Origin: Octopus sinensis
Lineage: Eukaryota
NCBI RefSeq assembly: GCF_006345805.1
Contig: NC_043001.1
Coordinates: forward strand, 96,038,001 to 96,102,000
Direction of reading: 5' to 3'
Length of the DNA: 64,000 nt
The notes beneath the pieces were generated by a model. It was not told the origin of the DNA. It saw nothing but the letters and a program-made list of their open reading frames with translations, and did no database searches. The position numbers were made by a program, and so were the translations under genes. Below are positions 63,363 to 64,000 of the stretch, piece by piece (within the stretch, counting starts at the first letter, position 1; every line of letters begins with the position of its first letter).

Positions 63363-64000
63363 AAAAACAATCTTGTTTAAACATGTTAGAGCATGTTTCA
63401 AGCAGTACAGTCTGAAAGATGACAATATTTATGAGATGACCTGATACTATGGATGTAAATCATGCACCAGTGTTCGTATTTCATGAATAAAATAGAAAAG
63501 GGACGTTAAACCATAGGCAAGCACTATAGAAAGGTTGACGAAGTTGGGCGTCAAGGGTAAAATACTGCATCATGCTAAACATTAAGATATTTTATATTTT
63601 GTATTCAATTCATATAATCTCTTTTAAAATTCTAACTTTTAGAGTGTTGAGAGCTGATAAGAGAGTAGACGTTCCTGTTAGCATATAGCTTTAAATATTA
63701 TAGCAGCCCTTTAAAAGATTTCAAAATTTCTTATTCACTCTTTCTACAAGTTGAAACCCACAAAAGGAAAATCTGTTTGTGCATGAATCACCGTTTTCAG
63801 AACGTTATTCACAAAGCCTCAAAATTTCTTTTGTTTTACTTTTAGATCTAACCTACTCAGTTCCGAGAAGACTCGGTTTCTAACAATGCACCAACACAGC
63901 TCTTACTCTCTACATATTCATTCAACGTTATCGTGAATCCGCTTTAGACGGAAGCCGTTTAATTATAAGCCCTTCGCATACTAAAAATAGTCCTTCAATT

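Noticed and set aside
421-63380. Most of the short ORFs in the supplied track (YIYIYI, THTHT, CVCV, poly-I/L/F/V, E/G-rich)
   Set aside because: They are translations of TA, CA, CATA, TTA, GAA and GAG microsatellites or antisense frames of transposon ORFs, with no independent coding evidence.

Overview
This is AT-rich, microsatellite-dense eukaryotic DNA. The SINE families and repeat texture point to an octopod cephalopod (Octopus-like); that is an inference. I found no host protein-coding exon that I can support, and most ORFs in the supplied track are microsatellite translations. The window is mostly decayed mobile elements: (i) a near full-length Penelope-like element (PLE, 17761-21532) with RT and a C-terminal GIY-YIG, plus other PLE 3'/pseudo-LTR pieces, two with hammerhead-like cores; (ii) four R4/Dong-type LINE insertions, all inside (TAA)n tracts; (iii) an L1/Tx1-like gag ORF1, CR1-like 3' ends and an APE fragment; (iv) mariner, hAT and Helitron remnants and MITEs; (v) at least four tRNA-headed SINE families, including Deu/Nin-domain SINE multimers flanked by TSDs; (vi) a U6 snRNA retrocopy fused to a SINE. 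The best novelty candidate is the large PLE. It looks like a two-ORF element whose RT frame has no ATG and overlaps a long upstream ORF at a correctly phased U_UUU_UUA heptamer, suggesting gag-pol-like -1 ribosomal frameshifting in a group described as single-ORF. Coordinates were read by eye, and element edges may be off by a few bases.
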